A DNA stretch of 62,808 nucleotides from Sphingobacteriales bacterium. Its GTDB lineage: Bacteria; Bacteroidota; Bacteroidia; CAILMK01; JAAYUY01. Shown piece by piece: positions 51,066 to 58,931 of the stretch. The stretch spans positions 1 through 62,808 of the forward strand of contig JAAYUY010000086.1 in NCBI GenBank assembly GCA_012517435.1. The letters are read 5' to 3'. The notes beneath the pieces were generated by a model. The model was not told where the DNA came from, did not search any database, and saw only the letters and a list, made by a program, of their open reading frames with translations. How positions within the stretch are numbered: the first letter of the stretch is position 1; every line of letters starts with the position of its first letter. The translations under genes were made by a program, and so were the position numbers.

Positions 51066-51866
51066 TTATCCTCCTATATTGCTAAAATAATTTGTCGTAT
51101 TTATTCCCCCACACCGGGGTTTGTTATTAACTGCCTGACGTATGGCTTCTTCAGCTCCCAATTCCCTGATGTCGTATTCAAGATTATCAAAAAGGCAGGG
51201 TTTTAATTTTCCGTTGGCAGTCAGCCGCAGACGGTTGCATATTTTACAGTTCCCGCCCTCTCCATGTTCAACAATGGAAAAGATGCCTTTTTTTAATGAC
51301 ATTAACTTGATATATCGAATGATAAGCCCATGTTTCCGGCAAAATTCTGTTACTTCAAGTGCATCTTTCTCCGAACTGGAATTTTTAACGACACAATTAA
51401 TTTTAACAGGGGTCAGGCCGACTTCTTTGGCTGCTAATATTCCGTTTATTACATCTTCCAGATTCCCAAATCTTGTAATTTCCCTGAATTTTTCCGGATT
51501 TATGGTATCAAGGCTGACGTTGATACGGTGTAATCCGGCTTCCTTAAGTGCTTTGGCATATTTTGCCAGATGAATGCCGTTTGTGGTCATGCCAAAATCA
51601 GTAATTCCGGGAACATTGGCTATCATTTCCACAAGTTTCAGAATATCTTTCCTTACAAGTGGCTCTCCTCCGGTTATTCTGATTTTATTTATCCCGAATC
51701 TGACTGCTGTTTTAACAAAAACGGCAATTTCTTCATAGGTAAGGATATCACAATGAGGTAATAATTTAACTCCTTCTTCAGGCATGCAATAAAAACACCT
51801 GAGGTTGCAACGATCGGTAACAGAAATACGCAGGTAGTTGATTGGCCGATTAAATGAGTCTAACAT
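51066..51866 (-). CDS. moaA: GTP 3',8-cyclase MoaA (compact form)
   Basis: Radical-SAM CNLRCFYC motif, second cluster CKICNRLRLTANGKLKPC, and C-terminal GG. I chose the ATG at 51866 (MLDSFNRPINYLRISV), which overlaps the moeA 3' end by 17 nt. Confidence 0.9.
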   Translation of the reverse strand: MLDSFNRPINYLRISVTDRCNLRCFYCMPEEGVKLLPHCDILTYEEIAVFVKTAVRFGINKIRITGGEPLVRKDILKLVEMIANVPGITDFGMTTNGIHLAKYAKALKEAGLHRINVSLDTINPEKFREITRFGNLEDVINGILAAKEVGLTPVKINCVVKNSSSEKDALEVTEFCRKHGLIIRYIKLMSLKKGIFSIVEHGEGGNCKICNRLRLTANGKLKPCLFDNLEYDIRELGAEEAIRQAVNNKPRCGGINTTNYFSNIGG

Positions 51867-53025
51867 GAACCAGCTCTCCTTTTTCAATTTTTGATTTGCC
51901 GATTTCAATAGAGGCTATCCCAAATGCATCGGCTAAACTGTTGATATGGGCAGAACCATGATATTCGCTGGGAATTATTTCGCCTTTTTCATTTAATACA
52001 ACAGGGAACCAGGCCATTCGTTCCGTTTGCTTTCTGGTATATTCGATACCAAAAGGGAGATATAGTGGAGCGGGATGGTAGTTTAACCCCATCATGCGGT
52101 AAACAGCCGGTTTGACAACTAACTCATATTGAATAAACGAAGAAACAGGGTTGCCCGGCAATCCAAAAATCAGTTTTTGTCCTTTTACCCCAAAAGTGGT
52201 TGGTTTACCCGGTTGCACGGCCATCTTCTGAAATTTAATCTCAATTCCCAATTGATTCATGATTTCCGGGACGTAATCAAATTCTCCCATCGAAACACCT
52301 CCTGTCACTAAAAGAATATCTGACTTTTCAAGTGCATTTTTAATAGCATTGTACAGCACATCCGCTTTATCTTCTGCTATGCCGAAGTAAAGGGGAATTG
52401 CCCGGTTTTTTATAACCTGCCCATATAGCTGATAGGCATTTGAATTCCTGATTTGTGATTTGACAGGTATCTGATCAGGTTCCACCAACTCATCTCCGGT
52501 AGAAATTATTCCGACAACGGGTCTCTGATAAACAGTTACTTTTGCCTTTCCGACCGTTGCCAGCAAGGCCAGGTGGGCAGGTTCCAAACATGTTCCGGCT
52601 TTTATTACTATTTGACCTTTTTTCAAATCCTCTCCCTGGTACCGGATATTTTCCTTGGTTTTCTCCTTTTTATACCGGATGGTGTTTTCGCCAGTTTTTT
52701 CTATATCTTCCACCATTAAAACACAATCTGCACCTTCAGGAATGGGTGCTCCTGTCATGATTTGTGAGCATTCCCCATCATGAATCACTTTTTGAGGAAA
52801 CTGACCCGCTGCAATAACTTCAATCACCTTTAATTCCCTATGAATATCTTTCATCTTACAGGCATAGCCATCCATGGCAGAGCGGTCGAAAGCTGGCATA
52901 TCAAGGTCAGAGAATACGTCTTCTGCAATTATCCGGTGAAGAGCTTCCATAAGGTTTATTTCTTCCGGGTCTTTAACTGAAATTGATTCCAGAACAATTT
53001 TTATTGCTTTTTCCAGTAGTATCAT
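51850..53025 (-). CDS. moeA: Molybdopterin molybdenumtransferase MoeA
   Basis: 391 aa (PAFDRSAMDGYA ... IMTGAPIPEGADCV ... STGDELVEP ... LVTGGVSMGEFDYV ... PGKPTTFG). Confidence 0.92.
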   Translation of the reverse strand: MILLEKAIKIVLESISVKDPEEINLMEALHRIIAEDVFSDLDMPAFDRSAMDGYACKMKDIHRELKVIEVIAAGQFPQKVIHDGECSQIMTGAPIPEGADCVLMVEDIEKTGENTIRYKKEKTKENIRYQGEDLKKGQIVIKAGTCLEPAHLALLATVGKAKVTVYQRPVVGIISTGDELVEPDQIPVKSQIRNSNAYQLYGQVIKNRAIPLYFGIAEDKADVLYNAIKNALEKSDILLVTGGVSMGEFDYVPEIMNQLGIEIKFQKMAVQPGKPTTFGVKGQKLIFGLPGNPVSSFIQYELVVKPAVYRMMGLNYHPAPLYLPFGIEYTRKQTERMAWFPVVLNEKGEIIPSEYHGSAHINSLADAFGIASIEIGKSKIEKGELVHVRLI

Positions 53026-53041
53026 TCTTTTTATTTTGAAG

Positions 53042-53049
53042 CAAAGTTA
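53042..53049 (-). promoter_or_regulatory. -7 box TAACTTTG (minus strand) for the moeA operon
   Basis: Plus-strand CAAAGTTA is the reverse complement of TAACTTTG. It lies 16 nt upstream of the moeA ATG at 53025. Confidence 0.45.
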
Positions 53050-53353
53050 GATATAAGATTAATTCAATAAGAATCCATGTAATTAAGAATTTTCTGAAAG
53101 AATATCATTTCAAAAAATTTTTTTTCAGGACATTTAAACAGCAATGGTTTTAAAAGAAAATGAAACGTAAAATAACCTTAAAACAAGAAATTTTTTGAGT
53201 GAGAAATAAAGGAAAAAGTATTGCCTCAATTATTTGACAGTCTCAACAGCAAACAATTTTTCGAATAACAGATTTATAAATATAAGAAAATCAATAATGT
53301 AAAGGAAGGGAAAAAAATATTTAGAAATTGTTAGTTTTATGAAATAAATATAT

Positions 53354-53361
53354 TATCTTTG
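53354..53361 (+). promoter_or_regulatory. -7 box TATCTTTG for the HTH ORF
   Basis: Exact TAnnTTTG match 19 nt upstream of the ATG at 53381. Confidence 0.4.
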
Positions 53362-53380
53362 CTCTATAAAAAAAGCAACT

Positions 53381-53839
53381 ATGAGAAGGAAACAGTTTAT
53401 TACAAATTACACGATTGAAGACATGGAGAAACTACTCCACAGCAGGGAGGAGTTTCGGATAGCCATGCGACTGATGACGTGTATTTTGGTTGCAAAGGGT
53501 TTTTCTGTCACTGAATTGCAGAAAATCTTTTATTACAAATCCGCTGCAAGATACTTCTACTGGGCTCGTAGATTTAACGAGGAAGGACTTGCCGGACTTG
53601 AAGACAGGGAAGGGCGTGGTCGTAAAGCAAAATTAACTGAAGCCGATTATGAAAAACTGAAGAACATCTTATTGAACAGGGCACCTTCAGATTATGGATT
53701 GTCCGGAAAAAACTGGAACGGACAAAACATCAATGAATTGATACGCAAGGAATTCGGTGTGGAGTATCAAAAGGCTAATGTTTATATTATGCTGAAAAAC
53801 AAATTAGGCCTGACCAATAAAAAGTTGTGGCGTATTTAA
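53381..53839 (+). CDS. Stand-alone IS630-family transposase N-terminal (double HTH) domain protein, with no DDE domain
   Basis: 152 aa. ARRFNEEGLAGLEDREGRGRKAKLTEADYEKL ... WNGQNINELIRKEFGVEYQKANVYIMLKNKLGL is the typical IS630/Tc1 orfA pattern. No catalytic ORF follows it. Confidence 0.6.
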   Translation: MRRKQFITNYTIEDMEKLLHSREEFRIAMRLMTCILVAKGFSVTELQKIFYYKSAARYFYWARRFNEEGLAGLEDREGRGRKAKLTEADYEKLKNILLNRAPSDYGLSGKNWNGQNINELIRKEFGVEYQKANVYIMLKNKLGLTNKKLWRI

Positions 53840-53840
53840 C

Positions 53841-53868
53841 AAAAAACCCCGCTGAAAAGCGGGGTTTA
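53841..53868. terminator. Bidirectional intrinsic terminator shared by the HTH ORF and hup
   Basis: AAACCCCGC (53844-53852) pairs with GCGGGGTTT (59-67 of the same block), with a TGAAAA loop. The flanking A-run and T-run let it terminate on both strands. Confidence 0.8.
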
Positions 53869-53887
53869 GATTGCACTCATTTAAGCA

Positions 53888-54160
53888 TCACTTCACTTTG
53901 TTAACCAGCTCTTTCCCAGGTTTGAATTTTACAACTTTCTTTTTGGGAATTTTGATTTCTGCTCCGGTTTTTGGGTTACGCCCTTTTCTTGCAGCTCTTT
54001 CATTAATGGAGAATGTACCAAAACCTACCAGTGTAATCTTGTCACCAGCTTTCAGTGCATCCTGCGAACTTTTAATGAAGGCATTTAATGCGCCCTGTGC
54101 CTGAGCTTTGGTAATGCCAGCACTTTCTGCAATCTTTGTAATTAAATCTCCTTTGTTCAT
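53888..54160 (-). CDS. hup: HU family DNA-binding protein
   Basis: 90 aa (MNKGDLITKIAESAGITKAQA ... LVGFGTFSINERAARKGRNPKTGAEIKIPKKKVVKFKPGKEL). Confidence 0.95.
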   Translation of the reverse strand: MNKGDLITKIAESAGITKAQAQGALNAFIKSSQDALKAGDKITLVGFGTFSINERAARKGRNPKTGAEIKIPKKKVVKFKPGKELVNKVK

Positions 54161-54209
54161 ACTAACCTTTTTTAAAAATTAACAAATAATATTCGGAACT
54201 TTTCTTCAA

Positions 54210-54217
54210 CAAATATA
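54210..54217 (-). promoter_or_regulatory. -7 box TATATTTG (minus strand) for hup
   Basis: Plus-strand CAAATATA is the reverse complement of TATATTTG. It lies 49 nt upstream of the hup ATG. Confidence 0.35.
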
Positions 54218-54369
54218 GTATTAATTACATTATTAGCGCATTTTGTTGAAAAAATTTTTTTTTGAGGATATTTTACCTTTATTTTGCCCCCTTTCTGAAT
54301 TTACTTATTTTCAATTACTCATTGATTGTTTTGTAACTTTCTAATTATCAATTGTTAAAAGAATAATGT

Positions 54370-56526
54370 ATGCGTAGATGTTTTCTATTACAGTATTTCA
54401 GGCTTAAATCTTTTATGCTTATTGCCCTGTGGATAACTTTGGCATTCAATAGTTATGCTGATGGCGGAATGTATCCTGTCAACCAGCTTGACTCTGCTAA
54501 ACTTAAATCGGCAGGCCTTAAAATTTCTGTAAAAGATATTTATAACCCCAATGGCGTCAGCCTGATGCAGGCAATCGTCAGCCTTGGGGGATGTACCGGA
54601 AGTTTTGTTTCTCCGGATGGGCTCATTCTGACCAATCATCATTGTGTTTTTAGTGCCGTGGCGGCTTTATCAACTACTCAAAATAATATTCTTCAAAATG
54701 GCTTTTCTGCTGTTGATCGGGAATCTGAAATTCCTTTAAAAGGTATGTCGGTAAAAATCATGATTAATTACGAGGATGTCAGCACAAAAGTGCTGAAAGA
54801 TGTTGAGAAAATCTCTGATCCTATCAAAAGGAAAGATTTGATTGAGGCTAACATTCAGATGGTTTTGAGAGAAGAGAAAAATAAAAACCCTGATATGATG
54901 GTGGAATTATCCGAAATGATGACCGGAAAAAGTTATATCATTATAAGGTACCAGTTTTTTAAGGATGTCAGGCTGGTATATGTGCCACCAAAAGCTATCG
55001 GAGAATTTGGCGGAGAAACTGACAACTGGATGTGGCCACGCCATAGCGGTGATTTTTCATTTATTCGTGTTTACACGGCTCCTAATGGCAGCCCTTCGGC
55101 TTACTCAGGGGATAATATTCCGCTGAAGCCTTCGAAATATATTCAGATTAATACCAATGGAGTGAAAGAGAATGATTTTATTTTCATTCTTGGTTATCCC
55201 GGCCGTACCTTCCGTAACCGCCCGAGTGCTTTTGTCAATTATTCGGAAAAAGTTCAGATGCCTTTTATTGCCGACTATTTTGAATACAGAATCAATGAAA
55301 TGCTAAAACTATCAGCACAAAATGAAGAAAAGAAACTGAAATATGAATCTCAGATTAAAGCCCTGGCCAATACCTCGAAAAACTACAGGGGAAAACTGAA
55401 ATCTATGGCTGCTATTAAACTTTACCAGCAGAAACAGGCCGAAGAGCTTCAAATCATTAAGTTATTAAGTCAATCCCCTGAAAAAGCAAGAGAATTTGAG
55501 TTGCTACTGTCAAAATTTGACAGCCTGTATGCCGTTTATGCTACAGTCGGTAAAAAAAACCTCTGGTATTCACAGTTTTTCAATGTCTCTCCCAATTTTG
55601 AAATTGCCCGGTTGCTGGTTTCCTATTACAAGGCATCTACTGATCCTCAGGTGAATAAAAGTGATTTAGAAAAAATTTATGGAATTACCCGTGCTAAAAT
55701 TAATGAACTGATTGATAATCAAAATCTTGAGACAGACAGCCTGTTTGTCAGAAGATTGCTTGAAATGGCAATTCAGGAGCCGAATCTATTTTCATGGGTT
55801 CATCAATATTTTGGTCAGGAAAATACAGCAGTAAAGCTGACAATGTTTATTAAAAACGCTTACCATTCTTATTTTTCGAATAAGGTACTTATCCTAGGTC
55901 TTTTGGATAAACCTGCCAGTATCAGGAAAAGTAAAAACTTGTTTATTCAGTTGGTATTCAGTATGATAGATGATATGGCCAGGACATCTGAAGATTTCAG
56001 ATTATTAAATTCAACCATTGATGCCTTGCTGCCTCAATATGTTGAACTAAAGATGCTCGCCACCGGCAATGAATTTATTCCTGATGCCAATTCTACTTTT
56101 CGCATGACTTATGGCTACATCAGAGGTTATTATCCTCAGGATGCTGTTTATTGCTTCCCTTTTACCACACTTGACGGGGTAATTGAAAAAATGGCACTTG
56201 GTGGCGAATATGAATTTTACCAACCTCTCGTAACTGCCATCGACAATACAAGAGTGGTTAGCAATGCTGAAAAACAGTCTGATAGCTTCACAGTGAACTT
56301 TTTATATAATGCCGATACTACCGGAGGAAACAGTGGCAGCCCCGTTTTAAACGCCTATGGCGAGCTGGTAGGTTTGAATTTCGACCGTACATTTGAAGCA
56401 ACTATCAACGATTTTGCATGGAACGAATCCTACAGCCGCTCTATTGGCGTTGATATTCGTTACATTATTTTTGTCCTCGATAAAGTCAGTCATGCAGATT
56501 ATGTTCTTCGTAATATTAAAAACTGA
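54370..56526 (+). CDS. S46-family dipeptidyl-peptidase, DPP11-like (Arg at the S1 specificity position)
   Basis: 718 aa with a signal peptide. Catalytic-triad context LILTNHHC and GGNSGSPV. The Ser codon AGT at 56332 is residue 655, and the Arg codon CGT at 56386 is residue 673. Confidence 0.85.
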   Translation: MRRCFLLQYFRLKSFMLIALWITLAFNSYADGGMYPVNQLDSAKLKSAGLKISVKDIYNPNGVSLMQAIVSLGGCTGSFVSPDGLILTNHHCVFSAVAALSTTQNNILQNGFSAVDRESEIPLKGMSVKIMINYEDVSTKVLKDVEKISDPIKRKDLIEANIQMVLREEKNKNPDMMVELSEMMTGKSYIIIRYQFFKDVRLVYVPPKAIGEFGGETDNWMWPRHSGDFSFIRVYTAPNGSPSAYSGDNIPLKPSKYIQINTNGVKENDFIFILGYPGRTFRNRPSAFVNYSEKVQMPFIADYFEYRINEMLKLSAQNEEKKLKYESQIKALANTSKNYRGKLKSMAAIKLYQQKQAEELQIIKLLSQSPEKAREFELLLSKFDSLYAVYATVGKKNLWYSQFFNVSPNFEIARLLVSYYKASTDPQVNKSDLEKIYGITRAKINELIDNQNLETDSLFVRRLLEMAIQEPNLFSWVHQYFGQENTAVKLTMFIKNAYHSYFSNKVLILGLLDKPASIRKSKNLFIQLVFSMIDDMARTSEDFRLLNSTIDALLPQYVELKMLATGNEFIPDANSTFRMTYGYIRGYYPQDAVYCFPFTTLDGVIEKMALGGEYEFYQPLVTAIDNTRVVSNAEKQSDSFTVNFLYNADTTGGNSGSPVLNAYGELVGLNFDRTFEATINDFAWNESYSRSIGVDIRYIIFVLDKVSHADYVLRNIKN

Positions 56527-56555
56527 ATGCTTATTAAAGTTCTGATTTTTGCTGC

Positions 56556-56563
56556 TATCTTTG
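56556..56563 (+). promoter_or_regulatory. -7 box TATCTTTG upstream of aroB
   Basis: Exact TAnnTTTG match ending 4 nt before the ORF-track TTG start of aroB. Confidence 0.35.
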
Positions 56564-56567
56564 TCGT

Positions 56568-57707
56568 TTGAATTTTTTACCTGAAATAGTTATTTTGAGT
56601 ATTTCAACAACACAGGACTTTTTAAATTCGGGCAAACTGAGTCAGATAAGGAATTCCATTTTTTACGGGGAAGAAATGTTTACATCCCTATCCGGATTGA
56701 TTTCTTCCGGCAAATATTCCTCTTTCTTTTTTATTTACGATGAAAATTCGTTTAAATTTTGCAGGAAAAAGATTGACAGTGAAATGAGTTACCTGCAACC
56801 CGCCCGCCACCTTGTTGTCCCTTCAGGAGAGTCTTCGAAATCATTACATTCAGTAGCTAATATTACTTCAAAAATGCTTGAAGCCGGAGCCGATCGCAAT
56901 AGTCTGATAATCAATGTTGGTGGTGGTGTGGTGTGTGATTTGGGTGCTTTTTGTGCATCGGTTTTCAAACGGGGAATTGACTACATCAACATACCCACCA
57001 GTCTGATGGCCATGGTGGACGCTGCCATTGGCGGAAAAACAGCAGTCAACCTGAACGATTTCAAAAATCAGATAGGAACCTTTCATTTTCCTTTGGCTGT
57101 TGGCATTCATCTCGATTTTCTCAAAACTCTTCCGGCAGATGAACTTCATTCCGGCTTTGCTGAAGTAGTTAAGTATGCCCTTCTCTTTGATGCTGAATTA
57201 TGGGAACAGTTGCAAATCATGTTGAACACCCAGCGTATTGACATCACTACTGAACTGATTGACAAATGTGTATCATTTAAACTGAATATTGTCGAAAAAG
57301 ATCCTTTTGAAAAGGGAGACAGAAAATTGTTAAATGCCGGACATACTGTCGGACATGCACTTGAATCATTTTCTTTTCAGAAAAATAGCCCCATTTCACA
57401 TGGAAAGGCAGTTGCGCAGGGCCTGGTCATTGAAAGCTTTCTGGCAAAGGAAATGAAAATGTTGTCTTCAGACCATTATCAGCAAATAGAGCGAAGCATT
57501 TCAAATTTTTATGGTGATATAGCAATAGAAGAGGCCGACATCCCTGTTTTAATTGAATTTTTACTGGCAGATAAGAAAAACAGGAACAATAATATTGCCT
57601 TTACTTTAATTAAAGCTCCGGCAAATGCTGAAAAAGATATTTTAATTGATAAGGATTTGGTAAACGAATTATTAGTAAAATTTAGCCATGAAGAAAATCA
57701 AAATTGA
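56568..57707 (+). CDS. aroB: 3-dehydroquinate synthase (start codon uncertain)
   Basis: AroB motifs present: GGGVVCDLGAFCASVFKRGIDYINIPTSLMAMVDAAIGGKTAVN, and metal ligands in NAGHTVGHALE. The 56568 start is a TTG abutting the promoter box. An in-frame TTG at 56595 or the ATG at 56676 are alternative starts. Confidence 0.85.
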   Translation: MNFLPEIVILSISTTQDFLNSGKLSQIRNSIFYGEEMFTSLSGLISSGKYSSFFFIYDENSFKFCRKKIDSEMSYLQPARHLVVPSGESSKSLHSVANITSKMLEAGADRNSLIINVGGGVVCDLGAFCASVFKRGIDYINIPTSLMAMVDAAIGGKTAVNLNDFKNQIGTFHFPLAVGIHLDFLKTLPADELHSGFAEVVKYALLFDAELWEQLQIMLNTQRIDITTELIDKCVSFKLNIVEKDPFEKGDRKLLNAGHTVGHALESFSFQKNSPISHGKAVAQGLVIESFLAKEMKMLSSDHYQQIERSISNFYGDIAIEEADIPVLIEFLLADKKNRNNNIAFTLIKAPANAEKDILIDKDLVNELLVKFSHEENQN

Positions 57708-58920
57708 AAGCATTAATCCTAAAATCGAAGGAAAAATCATACTCCCGAGTTCCAAAAGTATCAGCAACCGAGCACTGGTGATCAGGGCATTAAGTGGTCA
57801 GAAATTTCCTGTCAAAAACCTCTCAAATGCCGGAGATACCCAAAAATTAATCAGTATTCTTGAAAATGAAAATGAAAAGATAATCAACACAGGCAATACA
57901 GGCACCATCATGAGGTTTATGACTGCTTATTATGCAATCAAGGAAGGGGAATGGGATCTGATAGGGTCGGAAAGGATGAAAGAGCGTCCAATCAAGAACC
58001 TTGTTGATGTATTAAAAGGCTTTGGCGCTGATATTGAATATCTTGGCAGGGAGGGTTATCCGCCACTGAGAATCAGAGGGAAACAGCTTAAAGGAGGGAA
58101 GTGTAAGGTGGATGCTACCGTCAGCAGCCAATATATCTCAGCACTTTTACTCATTGCACCGAAGCTGAAAAATGGCATTGAAATGGAACTCATGGGAGAC
58201 CCTATTTCCTTCCCATTTATTAAAATGACGCTTAAAATGCTTGAATTTTATGGGATTAAGGTCAGTGTAAAGGGGAAACATATTTATATTGCCCCACAGG
58301 AGTATAAACCAGCTAACCTGACTGTGGAAAGCGACTGGTCTTCTGCTTCTTATTTATATGCTTTGACAGCCATGAATGATGACGTTGAAATTGAACTGCC
58401 GGGATTGCACAAAGATAGTTGGCAGGGCGACTCCATTGTTGCAAAACTGATGAAACCTTTTGGCGTTGAAACGGTTTATAATAAAAACAGCATTTCAATC
58501 TTCAGGACTAAAAGAAAAATCAAAAAGTTTGAATACGACTTCCGGGCCAATCCTGATCTGGCTCCCACTTTTGCGGTCATATGCTCCGCACTCAAAATTC
58601 CTTTCCGCTTTGAAGGAATTCATGCCTTACGGATCAAGGAAAGCGACAGGGTTGCCGCCCTTGAAGAACAACTTCAGAAACTGAACATGAAGGTAAGCAG
58701 TACGGAGAGCAGCCTGATCGGAGAAGAATCACACCAAATTTCCTTTTTTGACAATGTCATTAAAAGCTACAGCGACCATCGTATTGTGATGAGCTTTGTC
58801 CCTGCTCTTTGCTTGCACCGGGAATTAATGATTGAAGACCCCGATGTGGTCGAAAAATCTTATCCGGCATTCTGGAATGACCTTGAAAACCTTGGTATTA
58901 TGTTCCGTTATGCACTCTAA
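57688..58920 (+). CDS. aroA: 3-phosphoshikimate 1-carboxyvinyltransferase (EPSP synthase)
   Basis: 410 aa (LPSSKSISNRALV ... GNTGTIMRFMT ... LRIKESDRVAAL ... DHRIVMSF). Overlaps aroB by 20 nt. Confidence 0.92.
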   Translation: MKKIKIESINPKIEGKIILPSSKSISNRALVIRALSGQKFPVKNLSNAGDTQKLISILENENEKIINTGNTGTIMRFMTAYYAIKEGEWDLIGSERMKERPIKNLVDVLKGFGADIEYLGREGYPPLRIRGKQLKGGKCKVDATVSSQYISALLLIAPKLKNGIEMELMGDPISFPFIKMTLKMLEFYGIKVSVKGKHIYIAPQEYKPANLTVESDWSSASYLYALTAMNDDVEIELPGLHKDSWQGDSIVAKLMKPFGVETVYNKNSISIFRTKRKIKKFEYDFRANPDLAPTFAVICSALKIPFRFEGIHALRIKESDRVAALEEQLQKLNMKVSSTESSLIGEESHQISFFDNVIKSYSDHRIVMSFVPALCLHRELMIEDPDVVEKSYPAFWNDLENLGIMFRYAL

Positions 58921-58931
58921 ATCATTGTGAA

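Noticed and set aside
51142-51573. 143-aa plus-strand ORF antisense to moaA, and the similar nested ORFs at 50832-51206 and 42217-42596
   Set aside because: They are nested antisense to, or out of frame with, well-supported genes (moaA, moaC, floA). Their compositions are low-complexity and they have no signals.
53160-53198. 12-codon mini-ORF (MKRKITLKQEIF) in the AT-rich gap
   Set aside because: Short ORFs like this are expected by chance in AT-rich DNA. It has no promoter box or conservation evidence.
53026-53380. Moco riboswitch or other structured RNA upstream of moeA
   Set aside because: I read both strands. The region is almost pure A/T, with only weak 5-6 bp stems, and it lacks the GC-rich conserved helices expected of the Moco motif. 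A cmsearch would be needed to exclude it formally.
53381-53839. A complete IS630-family insertion sequence
   Set aside because: Only the HTH half is present. There is no DDE ORF within the 48 nt before hup, and I found no terminal inverted repeats or TA target duplication.
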